This document shows, piece by piece, positions 36,761 to 49,828 of a DNA stretch of 64,000 bases (the stretch's first letter is position 1; each line of letters begins with the position of its first letter). Location of the stretch: positions 61,070,001-61,134,000 of the forward strand of contig NC_135892.1 of NCBI RefSeq assembly GCF_964194155.1, given 5' to 3'. This DNA comes from Cetorhinus maximus. Its lineage: Eukaryota. The position numbers and the translations under genes were made by a program. The notes below the pieces were generated by a model that saw only the letters and a list, made by a program, of their open reading frames with translations, had not been told where the DNA came from and did not search any database.

Positions 36761-38626
36761 CTACCAAAGGTACCTTTTGTGCAAACTTGAATGTGAACTT
36801 GGTGTCCCAACTGTAAACTTGGCAATTCTGTACCTGCATTTTTATTGCACATGTTGGTCATCTTCTCTTGCAGTTTTAAAAGTTGCTCTCTAGTTTCTGA
36901 GAGAGTAGAATGGGTAAGCGTAGGTAAATTGGTATGCACTAGTCTGTTAAACATGAGCTCTGCCGATGATCAAATAGTTGCACTTAAAGGTATCTTTCGC
37001 AGATATGATATTGTAATGTGTAAATCTTGCTTGGTCTGTCTACATTTGAGAATTAGAGATTTCACCATGTGAATTATTCAGTCAGCTAGGCCATTAGATC
37101 TAGGGTAAGAGGAGAAGAAGTAATGTGATTGATATTCCACTTCTCACACATTTCCTGAAATGGCTTACCAATAAATTGCAGACTGTTATCCTTAATGATC
37201 TCTCTAAGCACACCAAGTAAATTAAAGGTAGCACTTAGAGTGTACATGACAGTTGTGCTTGATGTATTGTGTAATTGTCAAACAATGGGGTATTTGAGCA
37301 TTGTGTCTTCAAAGCTTTTCTGCACAGTCAGCAGGCTGCAGATTTAACATTCTCTAATGCTGTGGCTTCATTGCAATCTGACCAAAATGTCAAAGGTCAC
37401 CTCACGCCATGCAGCATGATCTAACTGTCGTACCAGTACTTGACCTTGCTGCCATGGTGCTTGACCACCGCTGAACACCATATTGTGTTTTTATAGTGAC
37501 ATAAAGGTACCAATCACTCATAAAGGATTGTATAAACATGTTGTCAGTTCATTTATTTAAACTAGGCACATAAGAACATATATACATGAATAGAAAGCTT
37601 GAAGACATCAGCTGCAGAGCTGTGTGACATGTGCTCTGCTCACAGGCCAAAGTGAAACTGAGACTGAATCACATGACATGCTTCCCTTCTAGTGATAGCA
37701 TGCTGCTATCCCTTAAAGACATATTACAACAGCCCCAATAGATAGGAAGTTAGTAGATTAAGTTTTACAAAAGTTTGACAAATTTATTAGAATTTTTTGA
37801 CAATGTATCTAGTAGGGTGGATAAAGGTGAATTGGTGGATATAGCTTACTTGTATGCTATACAAAAGGCATTCGATAAAGTGCCACACAAAAGGTTAACC
37901 AGTAAGACAAGGTTAATGTTGGTTAACAGACAGGAAGCAGAGAATAGGGATAACCAGGGCATTTTCAAGTTGGTAGATTTTAACTAGTGGAATGCTGCAA
38001 TGATCAGCGCTGGATCCTCTGCTATTTACAATCTATATTCATGACTTATATGAAGAGCCAGAGAACAATGTATCCACGTTTGCTGATGATTCAAAATTAG
38101 GTGTGAATGTACACTGCAAGGAGGTAGACAGGTTAAGTGAGTAGGCAACAAGATGGCAGATGGAGTATAATGTGGGGAAGTGTGAAGTTATTTACTTTAC
38201 TAGTAAGAATTGAAAAGTAGAACATCTTTTTAAAAGGCATGAAACTTTTATATGCTGTTGAGAGAGATTTGGGTGAACTGGTACAAAGAACACAGAAAGT
38301 TAGCATGCAGGTACAGCAAGCAATTAGGAAGGGAAATGGTATGTTGGCCTTTATTGCAATGGGGTTCAAGGACAAGAATAAGGAAGTTTGGCTACAATTG
38401 TCTAAGGCTTGGTGAGAATATACCTGGGATATTGTGTGCAGTTTTGGTCTCCATACTTAAGGAAGGATATACTTACATTGGAGGCAGAACAATGAATGTT
38501 CTCAAAATTGGCCCCTGGTTTGTAAGGGTTATCCTACGATGTGAGGCTGAATAAATTAGGTCTATGTTATCTGGAGTTTAGAAGAATGAAAGGTGATCTC
38601 ATTGAAACATGCAAGATTCTGAAGGG

Positions 38627-39609
38627 AAATAAAAGCCGAAAATGCTGGAAATATCCAATAGGTCAAGCAGCATCTGTGGAGAGAAAAACAGAGTTAACGT
38701 TTTATAATGATGACATTTCATCAGAACTTGGAAAAGTTAGAGATGTAATAGGTTTTGAGCAATGGGTGAGTAGGACAAGGGAAAAAGGAAGGTCTGTGAT
38801 AGAGTGGAAGACCAGAAAGATTGACTGACAGAAGAGTTAGTCTTACAGGGCCAAGGGAATGGTGATGAGATAAGAAAAGAAACAAAGAGCCAAAAGATGT
38901 GCCTAGAGCAGGTATACTACTGTCTGAAAGTGAAAATAAGAGAAAAAATGAAACATGCAAAGAAAAGGAAATAAAATGGGGGAACAGAGATTACGGTCTG
39001 AAATTGTTGAACTCAATGTTGAGATGTTGAGCCTGGAAAGCTGTGTAAGTAAGTAAGAAAGCAAAGTGCCTAATCAAAAGATGAGGTGCTATTCCTTGAG
39101 TTTATGTAGAGCTTCACTGAAACAGTGCCACAGGCCAAGGACAGAGATGTCAGCATGAATGCAAAGTGGAAAATTAAAATGACAGGCCACTGGAAGCTCA
39201 GGATCTTGCTTGCAGGCTGAACAGGGGTGTTCTGGAAGTGGCCACCTGACCTGTGTTTAGTATTCCCAATGTAGAGGGGTCCAGATTGAGAGCAGCAAAT
39301 ACAGTAGACTAAATTGAAAGAAGCACACATAAGTCATTACTTCACTTAGAAGGAATGTTTGGGGTCTTGGACAGTGAGGAGAGGAGAGGTAAAAGAGCAG
39401 GTGTTACACCTCCTACATTTGCATGGAAAGGTGTAGTGGGAAGGGATGGGGTATTTGGAGTGATTGTGGAGTGGATCAAGGTATCAGGGAGGGAACAGGC
39501 CCTTCGGAATGCTGAAATGGGAGGGGAGGATGTGTTTGGTGGTGCCACCATGCTGGAGGTGGTGAAAAATGAGAACGGAGTGCAGCAAGTTCAGAGGGAG
39601 ACAGGTTAG
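38627..39609 (-). mobile_element. Penelope-like element fragment (family 1) with 13-bp TSD
   Basis: Minus-strand LVYCICCSQSGPLYIGNTK (GIY-YIG), PPISAFRRACSLPDTLIH and SNLSPSELAALRS; flanks AGATTCTGAAGGG (38614-38626) and AGATTCCAAAGGG (39610-39622). Confidence 0.85.
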
Positions 39610-39959
39610 AGATTCCAAAGGGGTTTGACAGGATAGACACTGAGAGGTCATTTACCCTGGCTGAGGAATTGAAAACAAAGGGATACCATCTCAGGATAAG
39701 GGGACGATCATTTGGGACTGAGATGAGGGGAAATTTCTTCATTCAGGTTGTGAATCATTGAGACTGTCTACCACAGAGGGTTGTGGATGCTTTATCATTG
39801 AGAATGTTTAAGGCTAAGATGGACAGATTTTTGGCCTCTCACAGAACTAAGGGATATGGCAAGTGGGCAGGAAAACCAAGTTGATGTGGAAGGTCGGCCA
39901 TTATCATATTGAATGGTGGAGCAGGCTTGAGCAGCCTGCTCATGCTCCTATTCCTTAGG

Positions 39960-42270
39960 CCCTCATGCTAGTACATTTTGCCACCCCAATGGCTGTTGCA
40001 CAGGTGGTACAAGGCTGCTACGTTCCATTGGGAAGACTATAAATGGCCTTACAAGATGCCCTTGAGCAGCTCTGAACCTTAATTGCCTGGCTTCAAATAG
40101 CACTACCTCGGCATGGTCAGCAGCAGTCTGGGTGATTAGCTGAGAGGCAACAGTAAGGACAGTACTGTCTGGCAGTAGTGGGAGAACAATTGCTGCCGTC
40201 CCGAGGGAGTACTCCAATTCATGTTCCACAGTGCCTTTACCACCCCCCTGGGGTAACGTCTCAGCAATCCTTGTAGTCAGTTGGATGACAGATTGCTGGA
40301 CTGCTATGTGAGCCTGTATGCTGCTTTGAGCACTGAGATCTGCTGCAATGATGGCAGAAGCCTGATCCTGTATGAAACAAGCATGGATCTCATTACTTCA
40401 GTCTGAGTCTCCACTGTGGCACTGAGATATAGGGTGGAATTTAATGCACTCCCCCCCTCCTCAGGAACAGGTTGGCACGTGGGAGGGAAGGGTGTAATGA
40501 GGTGAGAAGGCTTGGGTTGACTGCCTGTCGCCTTCCCAGCTTCCCCCAGTGAATTCTGGGGTAGTAAGGTCTGACCACCCCTTTACCACAAGCAGGCCAA
40601 TTGAGACCTCTAAGTGGCCAATTAAGGACCTTAGCCTGTCATCACTGGTATTCAACTAGCGGGAGGGCCACACAATGTGGGCGGGTTGCCAGGTACAGCA
40701 AGGCTGTAGCCTGGCAGGGTGGGGGTGGAGGCTGGGTGAGGGAGGAAACACTGGCCACCCACAGGAAGAAACACACATGCCCTGTGGTACCAGCTGTGGC
40801 CAACACTTTCTGTGATGCTGCTGGTACGGAAGAGCTGCTGGCCTCTGATTGGTCAGCAGCTCTCAAAGGTGGAACATTCGCCGTGCAGGACCCAGGAACC
40901 TCGACACTGGCCAGATAGATGCCTAATTAGCTTTTAATTGCTTTGGGGCACCTGGGAACAGCTGTGGTGGACGGGCCCACCACCCCAACCATTAAATCCA
41001 GCCCATTGGGTGGTTTCTCCATGCTGCAGTGGAAGCTGATACATTGGCCACCAGGGGCAGCATCACAGCTGTGTCCACAAGTGCTGTTGTGGAGTTGGCC
41101 ACCACTTCCATGTTGGAAAGATGGGATCTAAGTTCTGCACAACGTCTTCGGCCATGTTGGAGCTGGACTCCTCCATGCTCTTTGACAGGGCAGTGACAGG
41201 CAGCTGTCAGCAAGCATGCCAATGCACCAAGCATTCCAGTGTACATCCTTATCAGTATTCTCCTGTGCACTACACCATTGAAGTCCTCATCTGAGACCCC
41301 TACAGCAGACTTTGTCTGCAACGCCACCCTTTGGTGAGCTGGCACCACAACTATCCTTTCGCACTGGCCTGGCTGTAGCTCACTCAAGCCCAGTTACTCA
41401 ACACATGCTGATCCCAACTTTGTACAGGCTCTAAACTTCATCAAGTGTCAGTATCTGAGCTGATGGCTGCCAGTGAAAGTGTTTCTTCAATAGTGTTGTG
41501 GTGTTACTCTCTCTTCCTCCTGGAGCTAAAAAGAAAAACGCAGGCTGGCCAGGTGGCAGTTCTTAGGTACCTGAAAGCATAAAATCAGAAGGGGAGGGTC
41601 TGGGCGAGTGAAGTGGGTTGGGGTGTAATGCAAGAGATCCATGGTCACACCATCTGTAGCTTGCACACCATGTCAGATGACAGCATGAGAGTGAGGTGCT
41701 AGTTGAGAAGAGGCATTGGGCATCAACGTACCATTATTATTGATTCTCTTGGTGACACAATGCTGTGGAATAGGTAACACCATCTTTCCCATTGGGCTTG
41801 GGATGATGGTGTGCTTATCCTCCCACTGGTTCTGCTCTGCTCCCTTCTATTGTGGGTAACCTCACCCTGCATGCAAGAGGGTAGATATCAGTGATTGTAT
41901 TGAATAGGTGTGTGAGGATGAGCTGGATGTTAGACCTGAATCCTGAGTGCTAGGGACTGCTGATGGGTGAGTGATGGAGGTGTGGGACATTGAACACCGT
42001 GAGAGGTTGGTAATTAGATGGGATGTCCTTTGAAGATGCATTCACTGACTTTGACCACCTACATGAGGTCGTTAAACTGCTCCTGACAGGTTGCCAGGTC
42101 TTTGGACCAGACTCGGGGCGTTCACTTCCCTGATCACCTGTTCCAATTCCCTTTAGGGAATTCCTGAAGGCCTCCTGTCTTCCAATGTCCCAGAAACACA
42201 ACTTCTCTCCTGTCAGGCCTCCAGCATCTGTGAATCCAGAGGCCCCTCTCTCTGACCTGATGCTTCACTT
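39960..42270 (-). pseudogene. Multi-exon Myb/SANT-like Harbinger gene relic
   Basis: Exon 1 (~42045-42260): RGASGFTDA..RREVVF..TCQEQFNDLM*VVK|GTCAGT donor; downstream pieces such as FNGVVHRRILI.MYTGMLGALACL. Confidence 0.65.
40432..41004. mobile_element. Harbinger-type MITE
   Basis: TIRs GGGTGGAATTTAATG and CATTAAATCCAGCCC; 3-bp flanks ATA/ATT. Confidence 0.8.
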
Positions 42271-43204
42271 CCCTTCTCTCAATATTGCAGTCAGCAGCAG
42301 CAGCCTCCTTTCATTCAGTACAGTGTCCCTTTAGAAGGGACAGGCGACCTTTAAGATCTTGAGGCTTGTTGCAATATGTCCCAGCCTTGCATGCTCTTCG
42401 GCCCCATGTTGAGCATGCAGCCTGCCAGCATAGTGGTTCACACTTAGCTGCACTCTGAAATCATTCAAATGAGGAGAAAGCTTGAACCTTGCATGCTGCC
42501 TGCCTGACTGGGAACAGGCACGAGCAGTTCACAAGTCACATTCCGGCCACGCCTCAAAACAGGTGCAAACACATTTTTAGCTGTAACTTCTGTAATCAGA
42601 TAGTACAATAGCAAAGCATAAACATATTAAACCTGCTCTGTCTGTTAAAAGGTATTTCAACAGAAGAGAATTTTTTAAACCTCATGAAAGTCTAAGTGTT
42701 ACATCAAAGAAATCAGTTGAATTCTTGCTCACCTCTGAAAGCAGTGAAAGCAATCGATCCATCTTGTGTTTTACCACTGACCCATTAAGTGCCTTTCTTA
42801 TTTGTATAATTGCAGCATTTGGTCTTAATTGTTAATTAAGTGGTGTATCTGATTTCACTAATACCTTATCTTCCCTCGTTTTACTTTTCAAACCCATTTT
42901 TCACGTGAGGAGCAATACTCACCAATTTAGAATAATGGTTTTTGATTGTAACTTATAAACTGCTGGAGCAAATTCATAGAATTTCACAAGAATATTTGAT
43001 GCAGTATTAAATACCTCCATATCCTGAGCAATTTTTCTTGTGAGGTAACCATTGTAAACTGAGCCAATGTTGCTGAAAATTTGTTTCACGTGCGTTTATG
43101 TCACACTGAAAATTCTTCTAAAATGTTGCCAGCAACCACTGGGGTCAACTTCATGAAACTCTAGTCATAATTCCAGCTGTTTTGCGTTACATCTGTTGTG
43201 CTTT

Positions 43205-44163
43205 TTAAAAAATTCATTTACGGGATCTGGACGTTGCTGGCTAGGCCAGCATTTATTGCCCATCCCTAATTGCCCGTGAGAAGGTGATGGTGAGCTGCCT
43301 CTTGGACTGCTACAGTCCCTGTGGTGTGGGTACACCCACAGTGCTGTTAGGAAGGGAGTTCCAGGGTTTTGACCCAGCAACAGTGAAGGAACAGTGATAT
43401 ATTTCCAAGTCAGGATGGTGACTGGCTTGGAGGGGATCTTCCAGGTGGTGATGTTCCCAATTATCTGCTGCCCTTGTCCTTCTAGGTGGTAGCAGTTGTG
43501 TGTTTAGAAGGTGCTGCCTAAAGAGCCTTGGTGAGTTACTGCAGTGCATCTTGTAAATGGTGCACACTGCTGCCACTGTTCATCGGTGGTGGAGGGGCTG
43601 AATGTTTGTGGAAGGGGTGCCAATCAATCAGGCTGCTTTGTCCTGGATGGAGTCAAGCTTCTTCAGTGTTGTTATGGCTGCATCGTCCAGGAAAGTGGAG
43701 ACTATTCCATCACTCTCCTGACGTGTGCCTTATAGATGGTGGACAGGCTTTGAGGAGTCAGGAGGTGTTTCTTGCTGCAGGATTCCTAGACTTTGAACTA
43801 CCCTTGTAGCCACAGTATTTATATGGCTAGTCCAGTTCAGTTTCTGCTCAATGGTAACCCCCAGGATGTTGATAGTGGGGGATTCAGTGATGGTAATGCC
43901 ATTGAACATCAAGGGGCGATGGTTGAATTCTCTCTTGTTGGAGATGGTCATTGCCTGGCACTTGTGTGGCATGAATGTTACTTGCCACTTGTCAGCCGAA
44001 GTTTGGATATTGTCCAGGTCTTGCTGCATTTGGACATGGACTGCTTCAGTATCTGAGGAGTCGCGAATGGTGCTGAACATTGTGCAATCATCAGCGAACA
44101 TCCCCACTTCTAACCTTACGATGGAAGGAAGGTCATTGATGAAGCAGCTGAAGATGGTTGGGA
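43205..44163 (-). mobile_element. CR1-group LINE (second family), RT C-terminus plus 3' UTR
   Basis: PTIFSCFINDLPS, MFADDCT, QQDLDNIQ.SADKWQVTFMPHKCQAMTIS, ILGVTIEQKLNWTSHI, FTVAGSKPWNSLPN. Confidence 0.9.
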
Positions 44164-44879
44164 CATCTTGGAAGTGAAATTCAGAACTGTAGCACCACTG
44201 GACATGCCAGTATGGAAGCTCAATGCCCTGCTATTAGGGCGTGCTGCACCTCTAGCCACTTCCAGCGAGGCCCAGGTAACACCACATGTTGAGAAGGGCA
44301 CTCGTGCAGGCATTCACATGTGAAGCAACGGTATCATGATGTCATAGATATCCAACGTCCAATTTTAGACCGTTCAGGTCTTTGCACGAATTTGCTTGTC
44401 ACTTACCAAAGAACAAACATTCTGCTGCAAGAGGACACAGCACTAATGTTACTTAAAGGGTCAGGCATTCAATTTGCAGGTAAGGTCATCTTGTATAACT
44501 TCTGCTATTGTAAAGTCTTTGGAAGTACTGAGGAGTGTCTTTGGAGGTGTTCTTGTAAGTTCCTGGATTGGGCAGGAGCTGCTGCTGCATCTTCATGGAG
44601 AGGGCAGAGGATTTGGTGACCTGTCCACACAAAGGCTGCAACAGGTATAGGGCTGAAGTTACATTGCATCTGAGTCTGCAGCACAACAGGCAAATGGAGT
44701 AGCCAATACAGAGAGGGCAAACTCTGCGTGATGCTCTCTACCAAGCTGGAGATGGACCCCTTCATGCTCCTTGACAGTGTTAAGAAGCTGACTGAAAGGC
44801 CAGATAATACACCCAGCATCTCAATGTACATGTCCATCAGTATTGACCTGTATGCCACCTCATCAAGATCCTGACCTGA

Positions 44880-45030
44880 GGAGGGAGAAGGTAATGGATG
44901 GTTACGATTATAGATTTAGATGAGGAAAGATGGGAGGAGGCTCAAGTGGAGTAGAAACGCCAGTATAGACTCTTTGGGTCGAATGGCCCTTTTCTGTGCC
45001 GAATATCCTTTGCATTCCTATATAATCCTC
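44880..45030 (+). mobile_element. CR1 3' tail
   Basis: GGAGGCTCAAGTGGAG..GGGTCGAATGGCCCTTTTCTGTGC, like 3120-3200 and 56160-56305. Confidence 0.8.
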
Positions 45031-45744
45031 TGCAGCTGAACTTGTCTGTGATCTGCCCCCCCAGGGAGCTGGCAAACGAACCACCCTTTCCCTGGCATAG
45101 CTGCAGCCCACTCATGCCTGGTGATTCACTATGAACAGATCCCAACTTTATACTGGCTTTTAAGGTTCGCACAGTGCCAGGATCTGCGCTGGTTGCTGTG
45201 AGTGTGAGACCAAGTGGCAGGGCCTCTTCATTAGTGGCATGCTGTTGCTCTCTCTTCTCCTTCTGCGTTGATGTGTTTGGGCAAATGGCTGTTATTGGGA
45301 GTCTGAAAGCAGAAAATCAGAAAGCAAAGGATGGGGTGAGGGAAAGGAGCTGGTGCAGGAAGCAAGAGGTCCATGGTCACACCATGGGCAGCTTGGTCAC
45401 CATACCAGATAGCAGGATGACAGCGAGCTGCAGTTTGAGAAGGGGCATAAGACAGGAACATACCGTTATTCTGAATAATCTCAGTGATGTCAAATGAGTA
45501 TTGTCACAACTGGCCCATGATGCAGAGAACCATCTCCTCACTTGAGCCCTTCAAGTGAAGCAGGTGTCCTTGACCCACCGGTTTTGCTCTGCCCCCTTAT
45601 ATTTTGGACCATCTTGTCCTGCAAGAAAGAGGGTGTGAGCCTTGAGTGTCAGGGAGTGCTGATCAATGAGTGATGGGGGCGTGGTGATTTGAGCAGTGTG
45701 AGGTTTGCGGAACATTAGATAGGAGAAGCCATGTGAAGATGCAT

Positions 45745-45975
45745 TCACTGACAACCAGCTGCTGAGTTTATTAGACTTCATGTGGCACTCAGGTTCTCAA
45801 GGCCAGACTGCCAGAATTGAGTTTCCTGGATAGCAAATCCCAATCCCTCCTGGATTGGCCTTGAGGACCTCATGGGTCACTGTAGACCCATGGCATCTTT
45901 CCTCTTGCCCACTTCCACCATTGCCACTATGGCCTTCAGCACTGTATTTATGACCCTGGAGCCCTCTCTCTCTCC
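45745..45975 (-). pseudogene. Myb/SANT-like Harbinger gene relic, exon 1 (downstream decayed exons to ~44490)
   Basis: RERAPG..VLKAIV..EVGKRKDAM..RDWDLLSRKLNSGSLALRT..CHMKSNKL, then GTCAGT donor; same architecture as 42045-42260. Confidence 0.6.
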
Positions 45976-47363
45976 TGATTTAGAATTGCAGCAGGTGTAT
46001 TCAGCAGCAGCCTCCTGTAATTCAGTGCGGCTTCCCTTTAAGCAAGACAGACTGCCTTTAAGAACAGATGGCTGGCCACACTATTAGCCTACCCTGTTCG
46101 GCTCCCTGCTGAGTGCTGAGGCAACCATCAGCACATGAAACTATTGGCCCTATGCTACAATCAGGCAATTGAGGTGGCAGCATCAAATATGCCTGCTGTG
46201 TACCTCTACCTCAACACTCATGAGCAGATCGTAAATCATGATCCCCTCATCTAAAAATGGTGCGGGCCAATTTTTAGACTACTATCTTCAATATCTATCC
46301 AGATTAATTTCTCCTGATTGATACAGTGATGATACAGCCTGGTATATTTCCAAAAGGCAATTAGTTTGTACTTGCAATCATTGATAATTGAAATTTACCC
46401 TTATAATTGGAAGCAAAGGCAGTTATTATAAATACGAAGTATGATCACATAATTTATAGTGGTTCTTAGCACTCTTCACGCGGTTCAGCAATATTCTGCT
46501 GTTGAGACAGTGACACCAAAAATGTCAAACTGAATTATGGAATTTCACCTTAGCATAGCCTTATGGGGATTCTCTCTCCTCCTCTGGTTCTCTCTCTTTT
46601 GAATTTGGTGACAGATTACTACCATTTTTGTACTGGCATTAAATTCAGATTGAACTTCCCTTGTGAATGATTTAGATTTGAGAAATATGTAAATATTTCT
46701 TTTTCATATCTGCAGCTTCTAGCAGAAATTGTTTCCAAATAACCATTCTTCATTGCACTTCCTCGTCCTATTATCGTGACACTTAATATCCCAAAATTTA
46801 ATAGTATGGATCTCCTTCCATTCGGTTACTCTTCCATCCTTGCTGCCTCTTATTCATCAGTGCATTAGAGTAGTAAATATGCATTTATCTATCTCAAATT
46901 GTAATTCCATCACTCATTCCCAATTAGTATCATACTATTACATTTTATAAATGGGCGACACTGAAAAATTAATGGCGACAATGGGAGGAATAGTCAGTTG
47001 AAAATGGTGCAACTCAATGGTAAACAAAAAAGAAATGTACAGTTTTATAAATGAAAATGCAGCTTTAGTAAAGTCCCTATAGAGATGTTTCTATTTGGTA
47101 AAGGAGACAGAAAAGGATCGATGTAAAATAAAGACAGATCTATTAAAGGTATGCTCCTTGACCATGTGTGCTACATTACAATAAGACACCAAATTGTTTT
47201 CCTAATTGCTGCTATTCTTTAGGAAAAAAAATGCTAAAGACCTTAGCAAAGAATCGAGAATTGAATATAGTCTGTCCACTGAATGAATCCCAGGAAAGGT
47301 TTAAGCCAAGCTACTAGTTGCCAAGTTTACAGTTGCACCAGTTTGATGCTGTTGTTGTTTCAG

Positions 47364-47493
47364 AAAGAAATTATACAAGTTATAGAGCAAATCCCTGGGA
47401 ATCTTTATTCAGTGAATTCTATAACATGGATAAGAATTATTCTTCAAAATGTTGCTTCGCAGATCATTAATAAGGGAAGCACTAAAGTTAAAG
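47364..47493 (+). CDS. Candidate internal exon (130 nt) of an unidentified host gene
   Basis: TGCTGTTGTTGTTTCAG acceptor, AAG|GTAACT donor, open frame KEIIQVIEQIPGNLYSVNSITWIRIILQNVASQIINKGSTKVK; lies in unique AT-rich DNA. Confidence 0.4.
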
Positions 47494-48369
47494 GTAACTT
47501 AAACATTTTTACCTTAATTATTGCATAACAATATTTTTTTCAATCTCATTTGAAACTTCCTCACTGTTGAATGGAAATACTATATTCTGCCTGCATTTTT
47601 TATTACACTTTGCAATTGTGTGAAAGAAATGACTTACATATTAACTGAATGCAATGTACGAACATATTTTAGCACAATTATACATTAAATGTTCACATTT
47701 CTATGATCTGCTAGAAGTGGGCTGCCTGTCATATTGGTAAAGATTCCAATATAAGCCTACCCTGGATCTGGACCTGAAAGTTCACTTGCATATGCAAACC
47801 AGAGTCCCCTTTATGAAATTGGATTGTATTCAGGATAAACATGTTTACCCTTGGCACTTAAGGAATCACTGGAGGCTGCCAACAAGGTTTGTCTCAAAAT
47901 GTATTTGCTTTAATGTGAAGAAGCATGGTGTAGCACGGAGCCAAGGATCACTGCAGGCCTCTGACCACCCGTTTCCTCCCTATCCCCTTTCTTCCATCCT
48001 GATCACCCTCCACCTGGCCCTCTTAGGACCTACCTGAAGGCTGTTGCAGGGAAGACAGCCTATCCAACTTTGTTCTTCTAAAACTAGCAAGCAGCCTCTG
48101 GGGCCCAATTGGCATCAGCAACTCACCAGCAATGTGTTGATAAGACATTAAGACAGCCAAAACCAATGCTCACCGCATAGTATCCTTCTACCTCTGAGAA
48201 TTGGCTTTGAATTCTGATCATCTGCTACCAAAAAAGCTTCCTCTTTAGATTTAGCCTTTAGATTTCTTTACATGTAATGAGTTTGAAATGAAATTGTAAT
48301 GAAATTAATCCAATTTCAGCACAAATCACAATGAAATCCCAAGAAAGGCAACAACATGACCGCATGTGC

Positions 48370-48500
48370 GGGGAACACATAGAGAACAGGTAGGAAAGCG
48401 GAGCTGAAGCCAAGATAAGATCAACCATTATCCTATTGAATGACAGAACAGATTTGGGGATACGAGTGGCCTATTCCTGCTCCTATTTCTTATGTTCTTT
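48370..48500 (+). mobile_element. CR1 3' tail
   Basis: GATCAACCATTATCCTATTGAATG..GTGGCCTATTCCTGCTCCTATTTCTTATGTTCTT. Confidence 0.75.
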
Positions 48501-49828
48501 GCCTGCATCCAGAAATGTAGGAAAATTTGAAAATAATCACAAATAAGTTACATGCAGTAATTGTTACTTGTGTTTAGATTCAATTGAAAAGGACAATATG
48601 AATCTCAATATACTATAATACCTTTGACACCCCAAGGGTCTTCCTCCACCCTCCTTACTACACCCCCGACATTGTATTCCCCACCCCCCGACTCCCCTTG
48701 GGATTCCCACCGACCCAACCCAACTCAATCCCCCAACCCCTGCAGGTCTGACCCTCCACTCCGCAGTACCAACCCCTCCAACTGCAACCCCCGCTGTCCT
48801 GATCCCTACCACCCGACCCGACTGGACACCCACCTCCCAACTCCCCACATGCCCTACCCCCTCCCAACCTGACCAGGCCTCCCTCCTGACCTCTGACGCC
48901 AACCCCCGCCTCTCCACCGATGTCTCACACCTCCCCATCACCGCACCAATGCCCGACCCACCCCCACACCCCCAATATCCACCTCCCCAATGTCCAACTC
49001 TTCCCATACACCCCCAGTGTCCGACCACCCGCCCCACACCCCTGACGTCCGACACCTCCCCCATACCTCCCTGACGTCTGACCTCCCCTGATGTCAGACT
49101 CCCACCCCTTTCCGATGCCGTCACCCCCACTCCCCCAATATCTAACCCCCCTCACACCCCTGTCCTCTGATTTCCACCCCATCTCCCAAATCCTGTCCAA
49201 TTACCTTAGTCACTTACCTTCTCTCTGGCCTGTCAGTTTGAAAGGGACCTTTAAAGGGACCTGGTTTACGGCAGCTAGTGCCGTAAAAGGGGGACGTGTC
49301 TGTCATGAAGAGATATTAATGTCTATAATGTTATTGGAAATTATCTTAAAATTGGAATTGTAGTAGGATCTGTGTCTATATGTGTGTGTCTATATGTGTG
49401 TGTCTATATGTGTGTGTCTATGTGTGTCGTAATTGGATTAAAGCCAGCTAGTCTGGGTGCTTTGATGTATAGTAATTTTGAGATGTTAATTAGATAAACG
49501 TAAGGAAGTTAAAAGGTAAAGTGTAAATTTGCATTTATTGAATAAAGCATTCAAGAGTGGGAGTAAAATCCTGCACCTAGCTGGGAGATACCAAGCAATG
49601 TGTTTATATTATTAATAAAAGTAGTGGGATGAAAATTTTATTGTTAGAAGATGTGATGTTAAAAGCCTCGGATACCTTGGAAAATGTATATTCAAAGGAA
49701 AAGCTAGGTATAAACAGAATGGAGTTTATGTGTGTAAGGTAGAGGCATTTAAGATCTAACCAGCCTGTAAACCTACAACTGTGTCTGCAAAGGAGCCAAA
49801 TTACAAGGGACCTCATTTCGAATTCATA

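Larger units (their letters stand above)
31804..37731 (-). mobile_element. Internally deleted Gypsy/Ty3 LTR element with both LTRs
   Basis: LTRs 31804-32055 and 37481-37731 (~250 bp, highly similar); primer-binding site TGGTGTTCAGCG (minus, 37469-37480); polypurine tract AAAAGGGGA before the 3' LTR; TSD GTCCC/GCCCC; integrase remnant EIIKDNSLQF..FQEMCEKWNINHITSSP.YPRSNGLA. Confidence 0.9.
31610..39957 (+). mobile_element. Outer CR1 LINE in three pieces (31610-31803, 37732-38626, 39610-39957) hosting nested elements
   Basis: LDSRMVP/IDRK, TNLLEFFD, QKAFDKVPHKRL, FADDSKL, LEFRRMKGDLIETCKILKG/FDRID motifs are collinear across the insertions. Confidence 0.85.

Noticed and set aside
47080-47148. 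Short exon candidate ending AAG|GTATGC
   Set aside because: Acceptor lacks a polypyrimidine tract; insufficient support.
48564-49200. Gly-rich 188-aa ORF and overlapping ORFs (similarly at 18369-18940)
   Set aside because: Compositional artefact of C-rich MITE cores.
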